Assembly: GCF_000143415.4 (NCBI RefSeq)
Contig: NW_003314331.1
Span: 560,164-624,163, forward strand
Direction: 5' to 3'
Source: Selaginella moellendorffii
Taxonomy: Eukaryota; Plantae; Lycopodiophyta
DNA: 64,000 nt
Shown here: piece by piece, positions 23,418-34,735 of the stretch
Layout: every line of letters begins with the position of its first letter
Numbering within the stretch: the stretch's first letter is position 1
Notes under the pieces: generated by a model
Seen by the model: the letters and a program-made list of their open reading frames with translations, nothing else
The model's database searches: none
Told to the model about the DNA's origin: nothing
Made by a program: the position numbers and the translations under genes

Positions 23418-25871
23418 TTATACATTGACGAACCATAGCTGGAAGTCGTCATACTCTTCCTTTTTCACCCTCTTAGCTCTTAAAGAGGTGCTTGACGATA
23501 AATCCTTATACGTCTTGTAGTCAGGAAAATCAGACTTGATCGCTGCCAAGAAGTCGCATAGCTCAGAGGAAAAAATCTCTTTGACCTCATCTTTCCCCAA
23601 GTAACCCACCAGCCTCCTCGTGAGCCACCTTGGAGCCTTTGGATCAGAAGCTGGATAAGCGACCACCAAAGATATGCAGCCGTGAAAACAAGCCTCTTTG
23701 AGTGCTGGAATAGCTGCCGTCGACACTTGTTTGGACGTCCGCCTGTACATCTTCGACGGGTTTGTTGTCCCCTCCGCCTGATCCCACTGCACCTGCCGTC
23801 TTAGCTTGAGCTGGAGGAATACGGGGACGAGCAAGTCGCCCAGCATGACGAAGAACATGATGTCCGGGCCAGACAATGAGGAAAACATAAAGAACATCGG
23901 ACGCTGGCCTGGAGGCAACTTCAAGTATGCAGAAAGAGGCGCAGCTGGAGTCTCCCTCCACACCTGCTTGCGAAGCCCAGCTAACTTAGGCACGCATACA
24001 CCCCAGTTCCGCAGATCTAACCCCTTAAAGCATGGCCAACTGTTGAGCGGCTTCTGGCCATCCAAGAAGCGGGGGATATGAATCACCACGAGCTTCTCCC
24101 ACAGGTTTCCACTTGCTGCAGGATCGTCGGCCAGGCTTTGCATCAGAACTTGGAGATGCCGCTCGAGATGATCATTGTCGACGCAGTAGTTTGTCATAGC
24201 CTCCAGTACCATGGGCTCGCTGATCTCGTATGAAGACCTGGTCTCCCAACTACGAACCCTCTCACACGAGCCCAGGCCACTCACGAGTAAATGGGCTTCA
24301 GCCGAGTCGAGAACAAGTCCTGCCCTGTTTGAGAAGCAGTAATGACTAACTGCTCTCATAACTAGCTCTCTCGCCGACAAGTCCCGTCCCCGGAACCTGA
24401 ATGTGCCCTTGCCTGTTTGGAAGAAACTGGCCACCATGGAATACAGGGACATAGAGAAGTCGCTTGAATCACCAGTGGTCAGGTCCGCATAAAAAGCATC
24501 GACAGTCTCCCTCTTCCAGCAGCAGCCATTGCGGAGCAACTCCTCCAAACACGTAACCAAGCACCGCTTCCGACCTTTGAACTTGCTAGAGAGAAGAGCA
24601 CAATTACGTACAGTGAGCCCCAGCACTGGCAGGTACTTGATACAGAAGTCGTATACTTCACCAGGCTTCTCCCATTTGTCAAACTTGATCACGTAGAGTG
24701 GTAACCTGGCACCCCTCATCTTTCCCACTAGCGAAAGGATATCGTTTTCCAGTTCTAAGAAGTTGATCCCAGTTCCCGATGCGAAAACCGGTGCAGCCAA
24801 CTGTACGTCCATTAGCGCCTTCATCACGGGAGAGAACCTGGCCCTCAGCTGGTGACTCTGAGGGGATTGGAAACACCGCATGCCGTTGAGCGTCTGCACC
24901 TCATCCATGACAAAGATGGGCTTGCAGGACAGCATTGAGCAAACTGCATCCCATAGACGGATCAAGTCACCCTGCTGGAACTCGTAACTGCTAACCAGCA
25001 TCATGGCGAGCCTTTCGTAAGGGTCCTCCGTCCCACAAAAATGGTTGAACTCCGTCTGGAGGATAAGCCACTGCTCTGGTGTCAAGTCTGGTTTGATGCT
25101 GAGGACTTGTTGAAGAACCAACAAACGAGCCAGTATCAACTTCTTCATCTCTATGACAGCAGCAAAATGTTTGCGGCATTCGGGATCAGAACCAGGCTCC
25201 GTGTTCCCGACTAGTGCCATATCCTGAGACCCCCCATTCCGTTTCGATGAAGCTGTCCAAAAAAAACCCCAGTTGGCTGCCAGAATCTCGAACACAGTGC
25301 GAGTTTTCCCGCATCCGCTAACCCCCATGAGCGGAATACAGCCCGACTTCTTCGACCGTAGTGTATAATCCAGCAGCTTCCACGCATCCGAATCCCTAGT
25401 CCATCTATCCTGCAACTTGTGAAACAAAATCGACGGGCGACCATCGAAGCCCACCGGAACTCCCCACTGTGGCTGCAACCCAAGGCCCCCTTGCTGCAAG
25501 AACTTCGTGATAAAATCTCCATACGCAAGCTTCCACTCGCCAAAAATCGCATCCAAGGAGCGACTGCTTGGCACCGAAGGTGGCGGAGCGATCTCAACCT
25601 TGACATAAATTACCGGCCCCTCGGGCAGCTCTCCTGCAAAGTATGCCCAGCCCTGTGTTGTGAACTTTCCGAAAGTGAATGTCCTCAAGTAGCTGCAAGT
25701 AGAAGAACCACTGGGAAACCCTGGCAGAGTCGACACAAACCCCTGCAGCGAGCCGAAGTCGTCGACATCAGGCGGAAGTACCGACATTTGCCCCCGAGTA
25801 CGAAGATCAGCTTCATCCGTGCTGAGACTTGAGCCAGCGGGCACAATCGACACGCACACGCCCCGGCTCAT
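23418..25871 (-). CDS. Intronless Crinkler/CR-like protein: N-terminal header + P-loop NTPase + PD-(D/E)XK nuclease
   Basis: Open frame of 817 codons from ATG 25871. Header ends FAGELPEGPVIYVKVEIAPP (HVLVxxP-like). Walker A GVSGCGKT; Walker B IFVMDEVQ; SGTG; KGRKR; nuclease motifs GNLWE...GPDIMFF...VFLQLK. Confidence 0.75.
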   Translation of the reverse strand: MSRGVCVSIVPAGSSLSTDEADLRTRGQMSVLPPDVDDFGSLQGFVSTLPGFPSGSSTCSYLRTFTFGKFTTQGWAYFAGELPEGPVIYVKVEIAPPPSVPSSRSLDAIFGEWKLAYGDFITKFLQQGGLGLQPQWGVPVGFDGRPSILFHKLQDRWTRDSDAWKLLDYTLRSKKSGCIPLMGVSGCGKTRTVFEILAANWGFFWTASSKRNGGSQDMALVGNTEPGSDPECRKHFAAVIEMKKLILARLLVLQQVLSIKPDLTPEQWLILQTEFNHFCGTEDPYERLAMMLVSSYEFQQGDLIRLWDAVCSMLSCKPIFVMDEVQTLNGMRCFQSPQSHQLRARFSPVMKALMDVQLAAPVFASGTGINFLELENDILSLVGKMRGARLPLYVIKFDKWEKPGEVYDFCIKYLPVLGLTVRNCALLSSKFKGRKRCLVTCLEELLRNGCCWKRETVDAFYADLTTGDSSDFSMSLYSMVASFFQTGKGTFRFRGRDLSARELVMRAVSHYCFSNRAGLVLDSAEAHLLVSGLGSCERVRSWETRSSYEISEPMVLEAMTNYCVDNDHLERHLQVLMQSLADDPAASGNLWEKLVVIHIPRFLDGQKPLNSWPCFKGLDLRNWGVCVPKLAGLRKQVWRETPAAPLSAYLKLPPGQRPMFFMFSSLSGPDIMFFVMLGDLLVPVFLQLKLRRQVQWDQAEGTTNPSKMYRRTSKQVSTAAIPALKEACFHGCISLVVAYPASDPKAPRWLTRRLVGYLGKDEVKEIFSSELCDFLAAIKSDFPDYKTYKDLSSSTSLRAKRVKKEEYDDFQLWFVNV

Positions 25872-25973
25872 ACGCACAAACCCTAACCCTAAAAGAGCCG
25901 ATTTGCCCTAGTTTTTCGTTTTGCCTTTTTTGCTATTATATCTGCTTGGAGGATTGTGCCCTATTCCTTTGCG

Positions 25974-26680
25974 ATGGAACGCCAAGAAGTAAGTCTTTTG
26001 ACTCACTACATGGAAATACTAACTTGGGCTTCCAGGTGATAGATGCGCTGAGGAGAACCCGTGATGACTTTGACCTAGATGATGGTGTAGAGGATGTTCT
26101 TGATGTTCATCCATGTCAGGTGCGTATTATTTAGGATTCAAATTCCCTTATTCTTGTATCTGACTAAAAAGTGCAGATGAGTGGAGTATTGGGTCGCTAT
26201 GTCTACCCCATTACATACAAAAGGCAAGAATATATTTTTTTTTTGTTTTTTTCTTTATGTAACAGTTTCAATGTAGTGTTTGTCCGAGATATTTGGATGG
26301 CTACTTGGTAAAGTTGGAGCGCTCTGAGTATGTCCCTCCCACTGAAAAGGGTTTATTTATGGTCAGGCATATATGGGAAGGGCAGGAACAAGTAATCCAG
26401 GTTGTAATTTTTAAAATTTTTTTTTAGTTGTTATGTGATTGATTTCGTTTGTGGGTTACAGAAGTATGTGGTCCGGAGCGCAGATGAAATTGTAGAGAGG
26501 AGGACAATATTCACCAATCTAGAGCCGGAGGTATTGTCCATGATCAATTGGGAGAAGTTTGAAAATGCCATCAAGAGTTCCAAGATCTCAGACAAGGAAA
26601 AAGCTATCAAAGAGAAACAGGTCTTACAGCTTTTAGAACAGAGACCGGAAGCGTTTGATGAAATTGTTGAGTTTGATTAA
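25974..26680 (+). CDS. Orphan 5-exon protein (~162 aa), divergent from the CR-like gene
   Basis: Exons 25974-25988, 26036-26119, 26177-26223 (GC-AG donor AG|GCAAG), 26277-26400 and 26462-26680 splice into one open frame, MERQEVIDALRRTRDDFDLDDG...PEAFDEIVEFD. No family recognised. Confidence 0.5.
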
Positions 26681-27597
26681 ATTGCTTGTACTGGCACATA
26701 GCATTGATTTTAAATGTAGAGTTAATTTTTTAAAATGTTCTTTGAGAGAGGCCAAAATTGCTTGTGGGAGCATTGGTTTTACTGCAGAAACAATTCTTTT
26801 CTCAAGAGGTACTTTTAGTGGAATCAAGCAAAGATGACCTTCCTAGTGTTCTTGAAGATGTTTTCAACAAGTCCTGTATATAGAAAATAAGAGCTTTAAC
26901 GCGTTTGGAAACCAAAACACCGAAGTTCCTTCCTGAAGGAAAGGTGATCATTGCAAAGATTTTCGTGGCTGAAGCGGATATCATCAGCGGGCTGGCTCTG
27001 GGAGAGAGTGGCTAGTATTTGGATGACTATTTGCTCGTCAAGGCGGCGTTGCAGTCGCGTATCGCCTGGCTTGGTTTTGAAATCCTTCGATTAAGTATGA
27101 GGACTCTGATATAGCTACTTGTTTCCTTTTCGAGGATGAAGGCTTACAGCAGCAGCAGCAATGGGCACCACAAGAAGGCTTATGGTGGCAGCAGCAACGG
27201 GCAGCACAATGCATTCACAAAGGAAAAGCCGAAGGAGGTAGACATTTATGCAATCGAGAGCTCTGGCGAACGCATACGAGCAAGGTAACCGAGATTTTGC
27301 TTTTGTTTGTAGCAGGTACGAGATCATAGGAACTCATCGTCCCGGTGAGAAGGAGGGATTACTCGTCGACCAATGCAGAAAATGTAAGCAGAGAGGCCAT
27401 TGGGAAAGAAACTGCAAGGGGGTAAGAAAGCTCACTTATTCTGAATTTTCCAGATTTGACTTCGTGTTTTTTGTTTTAGCCTGAAGTGGATCCTTTTGCT
27501 TGTGAACAAAAGAAATGCTACCTCTGCCTAGCGAAGGGACACGATACTTATCACTGTTCAAGAGATCCCCTGCGAAATGAGGACTGGGCAGAGAGGA

Positions 27598-27749
27598 AGA
27601 AAGAAAAGCGGAGCAAGAACAACGGATTTCACTTTAACACACGTTGATTCATATATGGCTGTATATATATACAACTTCAATCAAATCGGAAATCACCAGA
27701 GATCTGATCACGATTCGGACTGCTTGTCGTGTTCATCATTATTCCTACA
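27598..27749 (-). repeat. 3' LTR (152 bp)
   Basis: Matches 31952-32105 except for one substitution and one TA unit. Confidence 0.95.
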
Positions 27750-27757
27750 CTCCCCCT

Positions 27758-28825
27758 TCAAGCTGAGGGTGTGCTTGACACTCCAAGTTGATTCCTCAGC
27801 TTGATGAATGTGAGCTCCGAAAGTGGCTTGGTTAGAAGGTCCGCCAACTGATACTGTGAAGGAACGTATTCCAGGTGAAGATCTTCGGCTGCTACATGTT
27901 CGCGAATGAAGTGATGCTGCACGTCTATATGTTTCGTACGAGCATGAAACACAGGATTCTTTGACATGGCGATTGCACTTTTGCTGTCGCAATGCAGAAT
28001 GGTCGCATCTGATTGCTGTTGATTGAGTTCTCCAAGTAATCGACGAAGCCAGATGATCTCCCTTGCTGCTGTACTGGCAGCTACATATTCTGCTTCTGCA
28101 CTGGAAAGAGCAACTGTCGTTTGCTTCTTGCTTCCCCATGAAACCGGAGCACCGGCAATTATGTAGCAAATTCCAGAGGTTGAATGTCGTGTATCCAAGT
28201 TGCCAGCCCAATCTGCATCGCAGTATGCTTGAAGAACAAGTTTGGATTGATCTGAGCATTTGTAAACCAATCCATGAGCAGCCGTTCCTTTCAAATACCT
28301 CAAAACTCTCTTCGCCATCTGCCAATGATAACAACTCGGAGACTGCATGCATCGGCTGAGGAGACCAACGGCAAAGGAGATGTCGGGGCGAGTCATGTTG
28401 GCGAGGTAGAGTAGTCCTCCAACAAGCGATCGGTAGACCGAGGGCTGATCAAATAAATCATCCATCTTGCTTGTGAACTTGATGCCAGTGACGACTGGTG
28501 TAGCCACAGATTTGCAACTTGTCATGTTGAACTGGTTGAGAAGCTTCTTCACATATTGGCACTATGTGAGGGTGATTGTCCTGTCTGCTTCATCCTTGTC
28601 AACTTCCATCCCTAACAACTGCCGCACAGCTCCTAAGTCCTTCATCACAAACCTGTTCATAAGCTTGATCTTCACATCCTTCAAAACAGTGTGATTGTTG
28701 CTGACAATCAAACAGTCATCCACATAAACTGCTATCACAACAAAGTGATCACCTTGCTGAAGAAGATATAAATTTCCATCACTGTTCAACCTCTGCATAC
28801 CGAGATCCATAAGAAAAGAATCCAA
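27758..28825 (-). pseudogene. Copia RT C-terminus + RNase H (element orientation)
   Basis: VIAVYVDDCLI; MKDLG; YRSLVGGLLYL; TRPDISFAV; YCDADWAG; SSAEAEY; RTKHID. In-frame stop near 28562. Confidence 0.9.
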
Positions 28826-28829
28826 ACAT

Positions 28830-30590
28830 CAATGTCAAGTTCTTGCAAATGGCCGTCCATTACTGCATTTTCCCAGATGTGGTAACCTGTTTGAGAAGGA
28901 GATAGCTTCTGGAGAAAAATCGAATGCTCCTGAGATATGCATGACTGCAGATAGTTCTCTCTGGCATTCTCGACTTGCACATGCCAATCCCCCTCTCATC
29001 AGGCGTATGCAGAAGCAGGAGCTTGTGGATGGCTTCAACGACCACATTCTTCAAAGTTCAGCAAAATGTCACACTTGCATTCTTGGCAAGCAAACCCGTC
29101 GTACTTTCAAACCTGCTGTGACCAGAAGCACTCGTCCCTTGCAGCTCATTCACTCAGATGTTTGTGGACCCATGCGACTGTTTGCTCAGAATGGCACGAA
29201 GTATTTTGTGACATTTACAGATGATTTCTCCAGGCACACGGACGTCTTCTTTCTTCGTCACAAAGATGAAGTCTTTAGCAAATTCAAGCAATTCGTAGTA
29301 GAAGCCGAAGTGAAAACTGGTCAGAGGGTTGGTTGTTTACGTACTGATTCAGGAGGGGAATACGTCAACAAGTCCTTTCAGCAGTTCTGTGCTGAACGAG
29401 GAATTCTTCATTAGCGCTCTTGCTCTCATACCCCTCAACAGAATGGAGTCTCTGAGCGCAAGAATAGGACAATCATGAACACAGTTCGGTGCTTCCTTCA
29501 AGAATCAGGACTACCAAAATTCCTCTGGGCTGAAGCAGTTGGATCAGCTGTGCATGTTCAAAACCTTCTCCCTCATTCTCGCAATCCCAACAAGATCCCA
29601 GAAGAGCTTTGGACTGGTCAAAGACAATCGGTGGTGCATCTCAGGCGTTTTGGTTGTTTAAGCTTTGCAAAAAGGGTGGATGAGCATCTTGGCAAGTTGG
29701 AGAGCAGAAGCAAGCTGGCCTTTCTTGTTGGATACGATTCCAATTCAAAAGGATATCGCCTGTACCAACCTGGTAATCATCAAATTTTTGTAAGCATTGA
29801 TGTTCATTTTGATGAAGGAACACTCTACAAAGATCATGTTCAAGAAGAAGGAAGCTCAGATCAGAACATGAATTGGACTCCAGAAGAATGGAGTTGGGAT
29901 GGTGTTGAAGACGGTGATGAAGATGACGATGATCTAACAATCATCTATCCCTCATCTCCTTTAGCAGATGATCATCCAACACCAGTCTCTGGATCTTTTC
30001 TTCCTGAAGAACAGGGCGATGCTACTCATCGTGCACGAACTGGAGAAGTCAACAGGCTCACACGTGATCTACCATTCAATGTGGAGAACTATGGGTGGAC
30101 ATCATCTGGACGATCAAGCAGAGCACCTCATCCCAAGCAATGGTCTTTTGCAGCAACAGAAATAGCTTCTGAACCAGTCAACTTTGAGTAGGCAATTCAA
30201 GCTCCTGATGTAGATAAGTGGATTTCAGCAATGCAAGATGAGTTGAATTCTCTTGATGAGAACTAGACTTATGACTTGGTGGAAGCTCCTAAAGGACGTG
30301 AAGTTGTTGGATCACGCTGGGTGTTCAAGCTTCACAGAAATCCTGATGGATCGGTACAGCGTTACAAAGCAAGACTTGTTGCTCAAGGATATTCACAAGT
30401 TCCTGGAGTGGATTTTGATAAGACGTTCTCACCAATTGTGAAGCAGACAAGTATTAGAATGCTTCTGGCTTTTACAGCGGAGTTTGGTTTGTGCGCACAT
30501 CACATGGACATAAAAATAGCCTTCTTTAATGGGAACTTGAAGGAGGAGATATTTATGCGGCAACCCCCAGGCTTTGAGCTTTTTGGATCA
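28830..30590 (+). pseudogene. Copia GAG-pre-integrase + integrase + RT N-terminus, inverted relative to the element
   Basis: On the + strand: LWHSRLAH; CHTC; LIHSDVCGP; LRTDSGGEY; PQQNGVSERKNR; RYKARLVAQGYSQ; MDIKIAF. TAG stops at 29412 and 30189. Confidence 0.9.
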
Positions 30591-30609
30591 CGGTGCTCTG
30601 AACTCACTA

Positions 30610-31906
30610 TCTTTGGAACATACCATGCATTCTTCAAGAGCAGAGACTTTCTTCCTAGTGGAATTCGCACATCCCCAGTTGCGTGAACAGGTAAAATGCT
30701 TCCATCTCCCACACGAATGCACTTCCGCAACTGCACAAAGTTCGACCCGCTTTGCATCAGGTGTCTCTCTGAACCTGAATCGATGGTCAGTTTTTCAGAA
30801 ACGTTTGGAACTGCTACCTCAGATGATGCCGCAAGTTCCTGTGTTTCCCCTTCCTGAGCATTTGCTGCAAGCCCTATGTTCATGCGCTGCAGCCAAGCTG
30901 CAACTGGGCAATCCTTGGAGTAGTGCCCTGGCATCCCACAGGTCCAGCATTCCTGTTTGTTCTTGCCCACAAAACAATCCCGAACTGCTGTTTCTTTACC
31001 AGAATTCCCTGAATTCTGCTGCTGCTGCGGATTTCCCCTAAACCCGCGACCTCTACCTCGTCCTCCTCTTCCGCGGCCTCCTCTGCCTCGATGATTTCCA
31101 GCCCACAGAGCTGAATCAGTCCCTGACTGATTGCTTGATGCAGAAGCATTTGATGTAGACTGTGAGATCAAAACATGGGAAGGCCTCTGATCAAAGTCCA
31201 CAATCAAACCTCTCGCAGCCAGCTCCGAGTGTAAGGTTTGCTCAGCTTGTTCAAAGTTGAGCGACATCATGCAAACGGTAGGGACGAAAGAACTAAAAGA
31301 AGAATCTTGCATGGCCTCGCAAAGTGCCAGAACTTTCTTGCTTTCGTTGAACGCTGCTGGACTGCCTTCAAGCTCCATCCACAGATCTTGCATCTTGGCG
31401 AGGAACTCTTCAAAGTTCTCGCCTGGATGAAAACGGGTCTCACGAATGCAAGTCTCGACCATGCTAATCTTGGAGAGGGAAAGAACAGCATACTTGTTGT
31501 GGAGATGAGCCCAGATCTCACAAGCACACTTATGACGCAAACACATCATAAGGGCATCTGCAAGCTTAGAAAGAATCAATCCTTTTGCTCGAGATTCCTT
31601 CTTCTCCAGCGCAGCTTGTTCCCCTGGATCAAGCTGTTGTCGAGCTGCTGCAACAGAGGCACGAATTGCCTCTTCATCCACGACTTCTCCTTCCACTGAA
31701 GTTGAAGCTCCCAACGCAGCAGGGGCTCGCCGCGTACGAGCATCTGCAGCGATTGTTGGTGGTGAAACGATTTCCCAGAGTTCTTCCATCTGCAACACGC
31801 GCATCATTTTCTCGGACCAAGTGTTGAACCCTCTCCTCCCATCAAAGGCAGTGACTCCCTGAAGCAAGATCAATCCAACTTTGCTGCAGCTCATGATGTG
31901 AGGCAC
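30610..31906 (-). pseudogene. Copia gag + aspartic protease
   Basis: FDGRRGFNTW...LWEIV; RGG tract; CWTCGMPGHYSKDC; IDSGSERH; VGDG; NAWYVPKI. Confidence 0.88.
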
Positions 31907-31951
31907 AAAGAAAGGAGAAGAAAGAGTTCAGAAACCAGCGCTCTGATACCA

Positions 31952-32105
31952 AGAAAGAAAAGCGGAGCAAGAACAACGGATTTCACTTCAACACACGTTG
32001 ATTCATATATGGCTGTATATATATATACAACTTCAATCAAATCGGAAATCACCAGAGATCTGATCACGATTCGGACTGCTTGTCGTGTTCATCATTATTC
32101 CTACA
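31952..32105 (-). repeat. 5' LTR (154 bp)
   Basis: Directly adjacent to the tRNA-iMet PBS. Reads TGTAGG...TTTCT on the minus strand. Confidence 0.95.
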
Positions 32106-33242
32106 GAGGACTTACGCTGGAGCAATGAAGAGAATTCGTCTTGAGGTTTGTATCACTTTCTATTCTCTGTTTCTTTATATTACGTTTTCAGGAAGGTTAT
32201 ATCGTTCAGGTCAATATCATCCTCGTTTCTGCATTCAACGGATTGAATACGAAAACCTCAAACGGATCTGCAAAACATCCAGACTTGGGAATCTTTATCG
32301 TGCCTGAGCCACCCCGCCCTCTTACATCTCAAATTTGGGACGCTTTCCAGCATCTGGGTGGACACAGGCTTCGAGTTATACAAATCCGATGAAGAAATGC
32401 CTCCAGGGTATAACCGTTATGCAGCTGCACATGAAGCATTGATTGAAGAATTGAAAACCGAAGCGAAGCATTGAAAAGGCGATGTGTTTTAATAAAGTAA
32501 TTGAAGTATACTGCGTGCCTCCGGAAGACTCGTGCTTTTGTGTGCTTTGGGATGCACTAGAAAAGCTTGTAGCGAGGAAGTTAAACACAAACCAACAAAA
32601 CTAAATTATAAATAAAATGTGCATTGTCGACAATCTTAGAGCTCCATGACATATTCAGAGGGATGTCGCATACTTTTCTCTAAGAACGTACCGGCTCCAA
32701 AACTTGTGTGGCCCAAGATTCTGGGAAAGAAAATTCTCATACCACATTTGCTTGTATCATTTGCATGAACAGTGATATAATTTAGAAATCCAGACTGGCT
32801 CTTGCTCGATGGCTTGCTGAAGCTGTTACGGCTTGGAATCAACGGGACATGGTCTTCAGACGTACCGCCCGCTCCAACTTTATCTTTCGCTACCTGGCTT
32901 TCAAGCGGATTGTCGGCTGACTATTTTGCTCCTCAAGGCGGCGTTTCAGTCGCAGTATGCCTTGCAGCCGCTGAGGACCTGGGCGTGGAGGTTTTATGCC
33001 GTTCGTTCGATATTGTACTTAACGTCCACCAGATCGGTCATGATATTTGTGCCGATCGCGTTGCTCAATCCCCTCTTTGATACGGTAAGTAATCTTTTCA
33101 GGGATTCTTGCTGATCTGGTATTGCTATATCGCCTTCCAAAGCTCTTTGATTCGGTCTTCCAGGTAACGGATCCTCTATAAACAGGATGAATTAAAGCTC
33201 GTATCTGAATACAGCAAGCTGCTGCACTTACTCTTGTCGGTC

Positions 33243-34050
33243 TGAAGGCTTACGGCGGCAGCAGCAGCAACGGTCAGCACAAGAAGGCTTACAACGGCAG
33301 CAGGGAAGTTCACAAAGGAAAAGCCAAAGCAGGTGGATTTTTTTGCAATAGAGAACCCTTTCAATCGTGTGCAGGAAAGGTAAAAGCAAAGTTATGTAAC
33401 TTGGTGTTTACTTGCTTTTGTTTGTAACAGGTACGAGATCATAAGAACTCATCGTCCCGGTGAGGAGGAGGGATTACTCGTGGACCGAAGATGTAAGCAG
33501 AGAGGTCATTGGGAAAGACACTGCAAGGGGGTAAGAAAGCTCACTTATTTTCCAGATTTGACTTTTTGTTTCTTCTTTTAGCCTGGAGTAGATCCCTTTG
33601 CTCATGAACAAAAGAAATGCTACCTCTGCCTAGCGAAGGGACACGACACTTATCACTGTTCAAGAGATCCCCTACGAAATGAGGACTGGGCAGAGAGGAC
33701 TTACACTGGACCATGGTCTTCGGGTTTGTATCACTTTGTATTCTCTGCTTCTTCATATGTTTATTTCTGCGTTTTCAGGAAGATTATATCGTCCAGGTAG
33801 CAGACTTCCGGCAATACCATCCTCGTTTCTGCGTCCAACGAATTAAATACGAAAACGTCAAACGGATCTGCAAAAAACATCCAGACTTGGGAATTTTTAT
33901 CGTGCGTAAGCCACCCCGTCCTCTTGCGGTCCTTATCTGGGAATGTTTTCAGCGACTGGATGGAGTTTTATACGAAGCAAGCCTAGGCTTCGAGATCCAA
34001 GGAAGAAGTGCCAGATGAAGCATTGATTGAAGAATTGAAGAATGATGGAG
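33243..34050 (+). pseudogene. Two-CCHC zinc-knuckle gene, copy 2
   Basis: Collinear with copy 1. Start reads CTG instead of ATG, the first knuckle is partly deleted, and there are further deletions. Confidence 0.8.
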
Positions 34051-34469
34051 AACTGGATGAGTTTCAATATGCTTCTCTTCTAAACAGTATACAAATGAAT
34101 GAATGAATTCTTGGTGAGACCTTGTATGTGAATAGGTTAGTTATAGCCCTAGGATTATTACTAATCCCATACTAATTAATTATACTTAGTTTAAAACAAA
34201 GCATGATCTTGACTTTGTTTTGGTCACGAGCACATTTTAGCCCTTTCACAACTATAATCTTTGGCATGGTTAACTTACCAATGGTAATCATAGACACGAG
34301 ATTAATTCAACTGTTGACGGTACATGTAAAGTAAAAAATCTTTAATGAAATTGATAAAATTCTTAACCTCCTTAATGTCAGAACCTTAAAAATATGGTGA
34401 CCTTACTACACAATGACATCATCAAGAGTTGATGCCTATGGGGGGAATGGATAAGCCTGGTATTTACTT

Positions 34470-34735
34470 GTCAGGTAGAGGCCATGGAATAAAAGAAACC
34501 TATGCTCTTCATACGACCAGACTTTTATGTGAAGCTCTAGTGGATTTTTGGTCGGCTTTAAGTCAAGAGACAAGACGGTCCGTTTTGAGGATGAAAGAGG
34601 AGGACTTCATTGAGAGACTTAAGTTCAGGTACATCATTTTTTTTCCCTTTTTCGTTTGAGTATGTTCAGAGATTTAACAACAAAAGGTTTTGTAGGGATT
34701 GTTGATGCAATATCCTTCGCAAGTTCAAAGAATCT
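34470..34735 (+). pseudogene. Fragment of a conserved plant uncharacterised protein (At3g58050-like)
   Basis: GHGIKETYALHTTRLLCEALVDFWSALSQETRRSVLRMKEEDFIERLKFR / FNNKRFCRDC*. Only two exons remain. Confidence 0.65.

Larger units (their letters stand above)
27598..32105 (-). mobile_element. Ty1/Copia LTR retrotransposon, both LTRs present, internally rearranged
   Basis: LTRs at 27598-27749 and 31952-32105. TSD GAGGA at 27593-27597 and 32106-32110. PBS TGGTATCAGAGC at 31940-31951 (-). PPT AGGGGGAG at 27750-27757 (-). Gag CCHC, protease IDSGS, integrase, RT YVDD and RNase H YCDADWAG/TKHID. Confidence 0.96.
27136..32474 (+). pseudogene. Two-CCHC zinc-knuckle gene, copy 1, split by a Copia insertion
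   Basis: MKAYSSSSNGHHKKAYGG..., CRKCKQRGHWERNC, CYLCLAKGHDTYHC. The sequence resumes at 32106 exactly as in the uninterrupted copies (GCAGAGAGGACTTAC). Confidence 0.8.
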
